Source of the DNA: Mobula hypostoma
Lineage: Eukaryota
NCBI RefSeq assembly: GCF_963921235.1
Contig: NC_086097.1
Location: forward strand, 68,884,001-68,948,000
Direction: 5' to 3'
Length of the DNA stretch: 64,000 bases
The first letter of the stretch is position 1. Each line of letters opens with the position of its first letter. Both the position numbers and the translations under genes were made by a program. The notes beneath the pieces were generated by a model. It was not told where the DNA came from, did no database searches, and saw only the letters and a list, made by a program, of their open reading frames with translations. This document shows, piece by piece, positions 52,884-64,000 of the stretch.

Positions 52884-54088
52884 CACTGTTCCCTCTAAGA
52901 ACACAGTTGTACTGCCGCATGGAAACTGAAACGCTCCCACACACACAGCCTTTGTTGTCACACTGTTAGAATTTTTCATATAATGTTAATACAATTTTGA
53001 AATTATGTTAATATGATTTTGAATTATGCTAATATAATTTTAAAATCAATGTTAATATAATTGTGAAATACCCTGTAATTAATGAATACAATCCATAAAT
53101 CTGCTGCCTGAAGATTTTGACCAACCCACAATATCCAGTAACATTAACTGTCCTTAACGATATTTTAGAAGATCTGGCATCCGTTTTCTAACTTGCTTCA
53201 GAAAAGTTGTTTGAATACAATTGAAGCATTGCAGCATGCAAAACCAAAAATTAACATGTTCGGTCACAATGACTTGATGATTCCATTTATCAGGGTGACA
53301 AAATGAACGATCTAATTGCATCTATAAGTTCTGATGTCGATATTGCACCTATTATTCAATTCGTTCAACATGTGCGTAATCACTTGGATACTAGATTCCC
53401 TGACGATGTGGTAAGAGAATGGCAAGCTTTTGATCCTGCTGCGACTACAAACACAACCAATTTTGAATTTGGAAAGAGAATGTAGTACGACTGACAAAAA
53501 AAGTACTTAGTTACTATTAAGAGATATGACGAAAATGTTGCCTCAAAAATATCGCAGAAATACGGTCATTTCAAATTTGTCATTTGTAAGGAAGTTAAGA
53601 ATGGTTCAATTAAGACATTCATTGATATATTGAACTACATGCTTAGAAATGAAGAATCTGAAGAACTGCCAATTCTTGTTGACATCGTTGGAACATTTCA
53701 AGCTTCTGATGCTGACTGCAAACGTGGATTCAATCTGATGAATTCAACTAAACGTGAATCCAGAAACAGACTAGAAGTGGAACAGTTGGATGATCTAATT
53801 AGGATTAAGATGTATCTTTCATCTGGATGCAAAATTAATCTGGATGGTGTTTATAGATAATGGATTTGTAATAAAGACAGATGAGAAAAAGTTTATAAAA
53901 TGTAAATGATTTTCTTTGTTGCACTGTATTTCAGTATACCCTTCAATTAATAAATAAAATCAAAAGCACGTCATTTTTCAATTTTCATCCTAAGTAATCA
54001 TAGTATGCATATTACAAAAAAAATTAAAATGCCATGCAGTTTCCAGGCCGTGTAAAAATTTCCTGCTCAGAGCAAAGGTTGGTGCAGC
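52884..54088 (+). mobile_element. hAT DNA transposon remnant (internally deleted, right end missing)
   Basis: Left end CACTGTTCCCTCTAA; ORF 53630-53860 ASDADCKRGFNLMNSTKRESRNRLEVEQLDDLIRI matches the hAT C-terminal dimerisation motif (S..CERxFS). Confidence 0.8.
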
Positions 54089-57000
54089 TCATGTTCCACC
54101 TGGATAGCCTCCAACTTGATGGTATAAACACCAGTTTCTCTAGATTACCTGCTCCCTCTTCTCTCTTTTTCCATTCTCCAGTCTGTTTTGCCTCTCACCC
54201 ATTCTCTCCTCCTCATCTGCCTAACACTTCCATCTGGTGTTCCTCTGGCTTCCATGGTTTACTGTCTCCCCTTTCAGATGCCTTCTCCTTCACCCCTTCA
54301 TCTCCTCTACCTCTCAGCTCCCAGCATTTTACTTCATCTCCCCTTCCCCACCCACCCACCTTACCCCTCACCTGACAGCTTGTATTCCTACCAACCCCCC
54401 ACCTTCTTATTCTGGCTGCTTCCCTTTTCCTTTCCAGTCCCGATGAAGGATCCCTGTCTGAAATGTTGACTGTTTATTGCTCTCCATCAATGCTGCCTGA
54501 CCTTTGTGACACAAAGGTTGGGAGTGTTGTAGACAGTCTGCAGGGGTGTCAGAGGCTATAGCGGGACATCTTTAGGATGCAGAACAGGGCAGATGGAGTT
54601 CAACCCAGATAAGTGTGAAGTGGTTTATTTTGGAGGGTCAAATCTGAAGGCAGAATGGCGCCATGTACAGTGGCCGAGCTGCGAGCTCCGTCCCAACTTT
54701 ACAGTGTACTGCTAATTTCTGTGATTTCCTTCACATTTCTTGTTCAAGTAGCTGATAGTCACGTCGGATATGATAGGCTGACTCTTCTGAACATCAAGAA
54801 GACAGCATTTACCCACTATGTGCTGACTTTTCTACACTGGGAGCCTCTGCTTACGTGATCATGGCAGGCTCATTTATTACACCGCCACTACCTTGGAAGT
54901 GGCGCAAGGGGCCAGGGAGAAGGGCCGGCGTCCTGCTGAGTTGAGGCGGCGTGCTAATCAGCCACCGCTCCCTTGCATACTCCTGGCTAATGTTCAATCT
55001 CTAGACAACAAGCTGTGTGAACTGACAGCCAGAATCTCCTACCAGCGGGAAACAAAGGAATATAACATTTTGTGCTTCGTGGAGACCTGGCTGACAGACA
55101 AGATACCGGATCACGCCATCGAGCCTTCTGGGTTCTCCCTGTTTCGGGTGGACAGGTCAAAAAATCTCTCTGGGAAGGGTAAAGGAGGTGAGGTATGCTT
55201 CATGGTCAATAATGCTTGGTGTGACTCCTGGAACGTGCATGCCCTCAAATCCTTTTGTTCCCCAGATCTGGAGTACCTGGTGCTGCTGTGTAGACCTTTC
55301 TGGTCACCGAGGGAGTTCACGGTTGTTATTATCACAGCTGTGTATATTCCACCACAGGTTGGTACTGACCTGGCTCTCAAGGAACTGTACGAGACCATCA
55401 GCACCCTGGAGACAGCACACCCGGAGCTGCCCTTATTGTTGCCGGTGACTTTAATAGAGCATCGCTGACTGAAGTCTCTCTGAAAATCAGATGACTCCTC
55501 CATCTTGCTGCTGCTGAGGTACAAGCAGAAGCTGAAACAAGAGGCGGCCATAGTTAAAACCGTCCACTATTGGTCCGACCAATCAGTCTCCATGCTACAA
55601 GACTGCTTTGATGACGTCAAATGGAATGTTTTCCATGATGAGGATGTCTCCGAGTTCACGGATGAGGTCACAAGTTCCATCCAGAACAGCCTCAAAGATG
55701 TTGTCCCACAGAAATTGGTCAGGGTCTATCCAAACCAGAAACCCTGGATCAGCAGTTCCGTGTGAGCAGCACTTACTGCGCGACACAGAGCTTACGTTGC
55801 CGGTGACCAACAGGAACTCAAAAAATGTAGCTACAATCTGTGCAAAGCCATCAAGGCAGCAAAACAAAAATACAGGGACAAGATCCAGACTGAACTTTCC
55901 ACCAACAACACACGCAGCTTATGGCAAGGTCTGTGCACCATCACAGACTTCAAAGCTAAACGCAGGGGGGGTTTCCAACATCGATGCCTCTCTCCCAGAC
56001 GAGCTAAACCCTTTTTGTGCTTGATTTGATGTTGCTAACACTGAGCCCCTGAGGAGACCTTCAGATGATGTGACTGGCACCTTGGTCATCTCTGAGGCTG
56101 AAGTACGCAGGTGTTTCCAATGAGTGGACAGTCGCAAGGCTGCAGGACTGGACGGCATCCCAGGGTGGGTACTCAGAGTGTGCACAGCACAACTGGCAGG
56201 TGTGTTTACAGACATTTTTAATCTCTCCCTCTTCCAGTGTAGAGTGCCCTCCTGCTTCAAAACATCCACCATTGTCCCTGTATCTAAAAAGACCAAGGTT
56301 ACATGTCTGAACAGCTGGTATCCTGTTGCATTCATTTCAATAATAAGCAGATGCTTTGAGAGGCTGGTCAAGGACTACATCTGCAGCTTGCTATCACCCA
56401 CACTGGACCCCCTACAGTTCGCCTTATGACACAATCGATTGACGGATGATGCAATTGCCATAGCTCTACACACCGTCCTTACACATCTGCAGAAGGATGC
56501 TTATGTGAGAATGCTGTTCTTGAACTACAGTTCAGCATTCAGCACCATAATTCCCTCCAGGCTCGACAAGAAGCTCAGAGATCTCGGCCTTCACCCTGCC
56601 TTGTGTAGCTGGATTCTGGACTTCCTGTCAGTTCACCAGCAGGTGGTGAGAGTGGGCTCCCTCACCTCTGTCCCTCTGACCCTCAACACAGGTTCCCCTC
56701 AGGGCTGTGTCCTAAGCCCCCTCCTTTACTCCCTGTATACCCATGACTGTGTCACCACCCACAGCTCTAATCTGCTAATTAAATTTGCTGATGACACTAC
56801 ACTGATTGGCCTAATCTCAGATAATAACAAGGTGGCCTGCAGGGAAGAAGTCATCACCCTGACACAGTGGTGTCAAGAAAACAACCTCTCCCTGTCACAA
56901 TGGTGGGGCATTGGGAGCAAGGGTGGACCCAAATGCAAGAGACATCTTGTGAGGTTAATTAGATTTAGTTTATTGTTTGGTACCAGGAGAGCAAAGCAGA

Positions 57001-57304
57001 AGGAGAAATAACAAACAGGACAAGGACTACGACTAGGCTGGGACCAAGGGTCCGGGCTTGGACTCGGAATTGGCTCCCAGAACTAGAGGAGACATGAAGA
57101 GGCTAGGGTATGGACTCCGAGCCAGAGACTGGGCAAGGACCCAGTACCTGGGTCTTGCCTCGGGCTCGGACCCCAAAACCAGGCATGGACATGACATGGG
57201 CTAGGGAGAGGAGGAACATGGAAAACAGAGCCTCGGTCTCGAGAGAGCAGGTACATGGAACCATCCACACATACACAGAACACAGAGTCGGGACCCCTCC
57301 TTGG

Positions 57305-58124
57305 ATAGATAGATAGATAGATATACTTTATTAATCCCGAGGGAAATTTGGTTTCGTTACAGCCGCACCAACCAAGAATAGAGCGTAAATATAGCAATAC
57401 AAAAAACCCCAACAATCAAACACCAAAATGCAAACTATGCCAGATGGAAAATAAGTCCAGGACCAGTCTATTGGCTCAGGGTGTCTGACCCGCCATGGGA
57501 GGAGCTGCACGTTCAATGGCCACAGGCAGGAACGACCTCCCGTGCCGCCAAGTGTTGTATCACGGTGGAATGTGGCCGAAGTCCAACGGTAAAAAGTTCA
57601 ATATCCAGTCTGCAAACACGTTCCTTGATCGTAATATGCCCCAGATTGCACCATCCGTTGTTAGCCAGATCAGTAAGCACCCAATTCCTTTACGCTTACC
57701 GCTCTCGGTGCACTTCCGATCAGCCGGAACGGTATTACCCACCGAACTCCTCTTCTCCAAAAGACTCTGTTGTCTCGACCCGGTCCTCTTTCCTCCGCTT
57801 TGTGATCCCCCTCTGTGTGTTTTCCTTCGGATTTCAGCAGGGGTGTCCACCGCTCTGTTCGCTAAGCCGGCCGGTCTTTGCTGGTCCGTGGGATACACAA
57901 TGTGACCTTGCTTCTGTCCCGCGTGTCAGGATGTAACCATTTCCAGCGCTAAAGAAAACCCAAATAAAACTCTCTCTACCAGCATGTTAGAGAGGGTGCA
58001 GCTTCGATGTATTACCGTGAGAAAAAAAACCCAAAAATAACGTAAATTAAAAAGTAAGAAGAAGAAAGTAAGAATAGATCGGAACGGCTGTACCAGGCTG
58101 TATGCACGACTGGCGCATGCGCAC
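57305..58124 (-). mobile_element. Short non-autonomous retroposon inserted in the LTR
   Basis: Minus-strand 3' end GGGATTAATAAAGTATATCTATCTATCTATC; interrupts the LTR's internal repeat at CCTTGG and is flanked by TTGG. Confidence 0.75.
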
Positions 58125-58127
58125 TTT

Positions 58128-58257
58128 GGGCCGGGACTCACACACAGAACAGAGAGCCGGGACCCTTCCTTGGGTACAGGACATAGGGCCGGTACTCACA
58201 CACAGAACAGAGAGCCGGGACCCTTCCTTGGGTACAGGACATAGGGCCGGGACTCAT
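58128..58257. repeat. 58-bp tandem repeat (about 2.2 copies, plus a related unit at 57265-57304) inside the LTR
   Basis: ACTCACACACAGAACAGAGAGCCGGGACCCTTCCTTGGGTACAGGACATAGGGCCGG at 58136 and 58194. Confidence 0.9.
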
Positions 58258-61029
58258 GACCCTCCACGGGGCAATGGCAAGACGGCCTGACTTACCCCAC
58301 AGAGGCGAGGACCAGACAAGACATGACACCCCGCGGGGCAATGGCAAGACAGCCAGACCTACCCCATGGAGGTGAGGACAAGACAAAACAACACAAAAGC
58401 ACACCAGACAGTACCTATCTAGCTCCGGTGATAGAACTAGACCGAAGTGCAGGCGAGGGCTTCAGACGAGGGCTAGAGGCGAGGGGACAGAGAAGGGATA
58501 TAGACAGCGGGGTAGGACAGGAATCACAGACCGCCAGGACCAGGACTTGACTCGGAACTGGGAAGCCGCCAGGGCCAGGACTTGACTTGGTACTTGAATG
58601 CCCCCGGAGCCAGGACTTGACTTGGAGCTTCCGGGTAGTGGTGAGCTCTCGATTTGGCCCGGGAACAGTAGACAGCGGTTCTTGATTCCCTTCGGCGGGT
58701 TAACTGACGGACCCACCTCAGTGAGGAAACTTTGCAGGCTCGCTTTGGTGAGGAACTGGACAGGGTTGCTCCGGTGAGGAAAGGCGAATTACCGGCACTT
58801 GCTTCGGGCGGAGACAACGCTTGCTCCGGCCAGATGACATTGGCACGCCGTGGCTTTGCAGACGCTCCCGCGCCGAATGGCTGAAAGCCAGAGACTATAA
58901 ACTACCGGTTCAGCTGAGTGTTAATTGCCTCTAATCACCAAAGCCGAGGGACAAGGGAAAACAGGGAATCAACGGTCCGGATCGTAACATAAACAAGGTA
59001 AATTTAAAGGGACCCCGATCCGGACCATGACACTCCCTCAATGTCACAAGAACAAAGGAGCTGGTTGTGGGCTACAGGAGGAATGGAGACAGGCTCACCC
59101 CTTTTGATATCAATGGATCTGGGGTTGAGAGGGTGAATAGCTTTAAGTTCCTTGGCATGCACATCACGGAGGATCTCACGTGGTCTGTACATACCAGTTG
59201 TGTGATGAAAAAGCCACAATATCACCTCTTTCACCTCACGCAGTTGAAGAAGTTTGGTATGGCCCCCCAAATTCTAAGAATTTTCTACAGGGCACAATTG
59301 AGAGCATCCTGACTGGCTGCATCACTGCCTGGCATGGGAACTGTACTTCCCTCAATCACAGGACTCTGTAGAGAGTGGTACGGACAGCCCAGGGCATCTG
59401 TACATGTGAACTTCCCACTATTCAGGACATTTACAAAGATAGCTGTGTAAGAAGGGCCTGAAGGATCACTAGGGACCCAAGTCATCCCAACCACAAACTG
59501 TTCCAGCTGCTACCATCTGGAAAACGGTACCGCAGCATAAAAGCCAGGACCAACAGGCTCCGAGACAGCTTCTTCCACCAGGCCATCAGACTGCTTAATT
59601 CATGCTGACACAACTGTATTTCTACATTATATTGACTATCCTGTTGTACATAATATTTATTATAAATTACTATAAATTGCACATTGCACATTTAGACCGA
59701 GATGTAACGTAAAGGTTTTTACTCCTCCTGTATATGAAGGATGTAAGTAATAAAGTCAATGCAATTCAATATTAATTGTAAGATTCTTGGCGGTGTGGAG
59801 AATAAGAGAGATCTTGGGGTCTGTGTCCATAAGATATCCAAAGCTGCTGTGCAGGTTGACAGTGTTGACAGAAGGCGTATGGTGTGCTTCGTTAACTATG
59901 GGATTGAGTTCAGGAGCCATGAAGTAATGTTACAGTTATATAAGACCGTGGTTAGACCCCAGTTGGAGTATTATGTTCAGCTCTGGTCACCTCACTACAG
60001 GAAGGATGTGAATACTATAGAGAGAATGCAGAGGAGATTTACAAGGATGTTGCCTGGATTGGAGAGCATGCCTTATGAGAATAGGTTGAGTGAACTTGGC
60101 CTTTTCTCCTTGGAGCAATGGAGGATGAGAGCTGACCTGATAGAGGTGTATAAGATGATGAGGGGCATTGATCATGTGGATAGCCAGAGGCTTTTTCCCA
60201 GGGCTGAAGTGGCTAACACGAGGGGGCATAGTTTTAAGGTGCTTGGAAGTATGTATAAGGGGGATGTCAGGGGTAAGTTTTTCACACAGAGAGTGGTGGG
60301 TGCATGGAATACACTGCTGGCGACAGTGGTAGAGGTGGATACAATAGGGTCCATTAAGAGATTCTTAGATAGGTACATGGACATTAGAAAAATAGAGGGC
60401 TATGCAGTAGGGAAATTCTAGACAGTTTCTAGAGTAGATTACATGGTCAGCACAACATTGTGGGCTGAAGGGCCTGTAATATGCTGTAGATGTCTATGCT
60501 ACAGGTTCTATGACTTGCTGAGTTCCTTCAGCATTTTGTGTGTATTATAAAAATTATCACTGATTCCTCAGAAAAGCAAATTTCATTTGCTTAACTTGAG
60601 TGAACACAGTCTAAATAAATATGGCAATATCCCTGACAGAGGCCAAAAGATTAGCTAGTATTCAAAATGATACCCTGTTAGGTTAAGTACCATATTTTTG
60701 AATTCATAAATTGCATACGTCCAACAGTCTCTATCAAGTCTCCTCAGAGTCAAGAACTTTCTCTAGTGAAAAGAAACCAGTTTCTCTTATGGTAACTTTG
60801 TGATAATTAATCAACATCATTCAAAGGAAAACTGGGAAATCTCTCATCAACAGGAAGTGTACTTGCACTGATTATATTACACAGAATTAACAGTTACTAA
60901 AAACCTTAAAATCACTGAGAATTACTACAACTTTCTGTTTACTCCCAGTTAACTAGCATTGAAGAGATAATATATAAAAAGGAAATCTAGAGATGAAATA
61001 GCAAAAGAAAATAGTGGTATCACAGTGTT

Positions 61030-61970
61030 AAGAACAAAAAAAATTTTAAAAATAGGAGCCGAAATAAAAGCTGGACTCCTCAGGTCTGCTCTGCTACTCA
61101 ATATGAAGACTGATCTGACCCAGGACTCTTCCTTTCTTTACTATTTCCAGAAGTCCACAATCCCCAGGTCTTTCAAAACCTTACCTACCACAGTGATCTA
61201 GCCTCCATGACCCCCAGGGTAGAAAATTCCAGAGATCCAACCCTCTTCGACGGAAGATAATCCCATGCACCTCAGCTTTAAGGAACTGCCCCCTACCCTC
61301 ATTCCCTCATTTGAGATTCACCCACTAGCAGAAACATCTTGACATCAATCCTGTCATACCCCCTTAGGATTTTAAATGTTTCAATGAGATTACCTGTCAT
61401 TCTTTTAATCTCGATTGAATATAGATCTAATTTCTTTAGTCACTCATGATGGGCAATCTATTTCATTCCCAAATGACCAGGAATTTTCCTAGTGCATCTG
61501 TTTTGGACAGTGATGCACTATCAATTACTCCAAAAGACTGGAAGTAGGGTAAATACTGAAAGGCTTTTAGTAACAGTAAAATGGGTCCTCGTCCATGCTG
61601 TGTCTGTCCTGGACTGAGGGAGGAGCAGTGGCACAATCGCTTTTGTTCAGGGGTCTGGGGGAGGAGCCACAGGAGCAGTCAGCAGAGGGGCGTGTCCAGA
61701 CAGGTAACCCAGTTACAATCTATATACAAGCGTTTGTACATGGTTTACCACAGACAGGCTCTAAAGCCAGTATATTTGATCTGAAATAACGATACCAAAA
61801 CTATGCGTGGAACTCCAGGTGCAGCCTCACTGGTACCCTGTGGAATTTTAACAATATGTTCTTATTTCTGAACTCCAACCCTTTTACAATAAACATCAAA
61901 ATTACCATTTGTATTCCTAGCCACTTGCACCCACGTGCTCACCTTTTTCAATACATGCACATGAACAAGA
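61030..61970 (-). mobile_element. Old CR1 3' remnant, interrupted at about 61480-61800
   Basis: Colinear with 9835-10250 and 12170-12370. Confidence 0.55.
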
Positions 61971-62456
61971 ACAACTAAGGATAAGAAGGTTGCTGTAAAA
62001 ATAAATTTCTTATTTTAAATTTCTTTTCATAAGAGCAGGAGATAGGGAAAAATTAAATCCACTGATGTGCACAATACAAAATAGGCAGTTTTAAATTGTC
62101 CAGTACTGAGTAGATGGGCTGAAGAGTTTGTTTCTGAGCTGTACTTTTCTAAGACTCTGTATAATAATACACCTGAAAGATGTGGTGAAATATGCCTCTT
62201 ATAAATTGTTTGAAATTTTATGATCTCACCTTATGACGTCAATAGCACCTCTACAATGTTCGGCATCCAAATGAGATGTTGTGTGAAATAATGATTATAC
62301 TTGTCCTTATTTGTGGAAATTGTCTGTCACATTGCTTCTTTTTCTAAAATGTCCTAACCTTTTGTTTTTACAAGAGAGCCAAAATGTAACAAGATGTTAT
62401 ACAGCTGAAGTCTTCTGTAAATTGTTTTACATAATTGACAAATTGAACCAACTTAC

Positions 62457-62620
62457 CTTGGGGCTTGCAGAACCTTCTAAATCATGTGCAGTCACATCAG
62501 TTGCCAATATCTCCGCTTTGATTATGTCCAGGGCTCCAAGAATCCAACTGTGCTGGCGTTTGATTTGCCTCTGTAGTTCCTGCCACTGACTTGCAATAAT
62601 CTGCAGCATGTCTCTCAATC
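62457..62620 (-). CDS. AKAP6: Internal coding exon of A-kinase anchoring protein 6 (mAKAP), spectrin-repeat region
   Basis: Encodes GLRDMLQIIASQWQELQRQIKRQHSWILGALDIIKAEILATDVTAHDLEGSASPK, closely matching recalled AKAP6 (GLKDMLRMIASQWKELQRQIKRQHSWILRALDTIKAEILATDVS...GSPK). Acceptor ttgctctgctttgaag| and donor AAG|gtaagt; 164 bp, phase 1 to phase 0. Confidence 0.92.
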
Positions 62621-64000
62621 CTTCAAAGCAGAGCAACTAGATATCAGCACACAACAGGAGCAACACAAATCGTAATAATATTCAATTAACAAATGTCACA
62701 GCAGTGACAATATTTTGCAAATTGTATTTGTACATGAATATTTCATTGAGCTGTATGAAACATCTGCAGGAAAGCACTTTTTCTGAACTTACTGCCATTT
62801 AAAATCAAGGCAACTACTCTTTACAAATACCATCTTCTCACATTTGTAAATGAAGTTGGAATGTATTGAATTCCAGAAAGGATGGCATCTAATGCTATTA
62901 ACTACAAAGACATCCTTATTTCAAACAATGATGTTTCAATTGAAAACTAACACCATTTTATTCATAGCTCTGCTTCAGTGATTTGCCTCAACACAAACTT
63001 CTGAATGGCATCCTGCTGTACCAATCAATACAGCATTTCAGCCTCTTGGAGATAGGTCTTTGGGGTCTTACACTATCAAGTCAGCTACAATGCTTTGGAT
63101 TGATAGAAGCTGTGCTGACTTCGAAGATTGGGACTATCAAAAATAAATTAATTTATAGCCATCACAATCATCCGAGTGCTGGAAGAAAACATTTTCATCT
63201 TCTGTTCTGCTGAACTTAAATTGGTTCTCAGCAGGGGCCAAGAGCAATAGAACTATCTCCAATCATGTTTCATCCTAATATAACAACAGATGAACAGTGG
63301 ACAAGAGCACTGTCAGCTTTTAAAACATTGTTCTGAACAGTCTGATTTTTGCAATGAAATTTTATGTAACCTTGAAATGATAGAAGAGCAAAGAAGTTGA
63401 ATTCCTGGAATTGTGAAGCATTAATTTAACCTACCTTGCAAGTGGGAAGCTATGGAATAGCTGAAACCCTGGGATTTATGACTCACTCAGTATTGCTCAC
63501 CATTGATTTAACTGACAGTTTAATTCAGGTTGAATGTAAAACCAATATTGTACAGGTCCTGACAGTGGACAACAGGCAGGCTAAGCTAATATTACCCATA
63601 TTTAATTAGTTAAAATAGTTACTAAGCTTTATTTAATTGTTTATTTCACTAATTTATCATCTTCAGCATGATGTACTCACTTGCGTTCCTTCTAATTACA
63701 AGGAATTTATTCTAACTTTCAATTAACGACAGAAGTAGTAAAAATATTTCTCCTCTTTTGATCTTGGGTTACAATAACAGCTGGATGAATCAGAATACTG
63801 CTTACTGTGTTTGAGAGTGGACACAAATGGACAGCAATATCATTCTTTTTAACTTACCTAAAAATAAATCACAAAGACTAAATCTTACATAACTAGATAA
63901 AATATTATAGCAATTAATATCTCAGTAATTGCTCATTCTTCCAACCTCCAAAATTATTTTAAAACACTCCTGATTCTCAGAAACATATTCTGATATCTGA

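Larger units (their letters stand above)
56893..59032 (-). mobile_element. LTR-type insertion (probable solo LTR) within the LINE RT
   Basis: TGTCA...TGACA termini and perfect 5-bp TSD CTCCC (56888-56892, 59033-59037); strand inferred from minus-strand AATAAA at 56969-56974. Confidence 0.85.
54655..59770 (+). mobile_element. Near full-length Rex/Babar-like LINE (APE endonuclease + RT), disrupted
   Basis: LANVQSLDNK and CFVETWL (endonuclease); [32 protein letters not shown] and KFADD (RT); resumes at 59033 after the LTR; AATAAAGTCAATGCAATTCAAT tail. Confidence 0.9.
54504..60510 (+). mobile_element. CR1 3' part (54504-54655 and 59770-60510) split by a Rex/Babar-like LINE
   Basis: ...MEFNPDKCEVVYFG at about 54590-54635 continues in ORF 59759-60421 (RDLGV..VRPQLEY..WSPHYRKD). 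Confidence 0.85.
54089..60545 (+). mobile_element. Old Penelope 3' fragment (54089-54503 and 60511-60545) split by a CR1 insertion; decayed hammerhead motif at 54435-54472
   Basis: ...TGCTGCCTGACCT at 54503 continues as TGACTTGCTGAGTTCCTTCAGCATTTTGTGTGT at 60511, compared with uninterrupted 12047-12088. Confidence 0.75.

Noticed and set aside
53303..53860. ZNF862/ZBED-like host gene
   Set aside because: Frameshifted fragments lying next to a transposon terminus.
58128..58640. CRISPR-like array
   Set aside because: Eukaryotic context; these are tandem repeats without unique spacers inside an LTR.
63660..63870. Possible upstream AKAP6 exon near minus-strand donor-like GTGAGT/GTAAG sites
   Set aside because: Adjacent translations do not resemble the expected AKAP6 sequence.

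Overview
Eukaryotic vertebrate DNA. The repeat landscape (many CR1 LINEs, Penelope-like elements, V-SINE and DeuSINE remnants) suggests a cartilaginous fish, but that is inference. One host coding exon is recognisable: a 164-bp minus-strand exon at 62457-62620 matching AKAP6 (mAKAP). I found no next exon, so the window to its left appears to be one very large AKAP6 intron. It is filled with CR1, Rex/Babar-like, Penelope, Gypsy-LTR and hAT elements. Most notable: (i) a Penelope insertion built as an inverted pair inside a single target-site duplication, with minimal hammerhead ribozyme motifs on both strands; (ii) a 67-bp Penelope fragment starting exactly at the predicted hammerhead cleavage site; (iii) a fully palindromic hAT MITE; (iv) a five-level nested transposon stack; (v) a speculative internal alternative first exon of AKAP6. 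Boundaries of old degenerate repeats are approximate.
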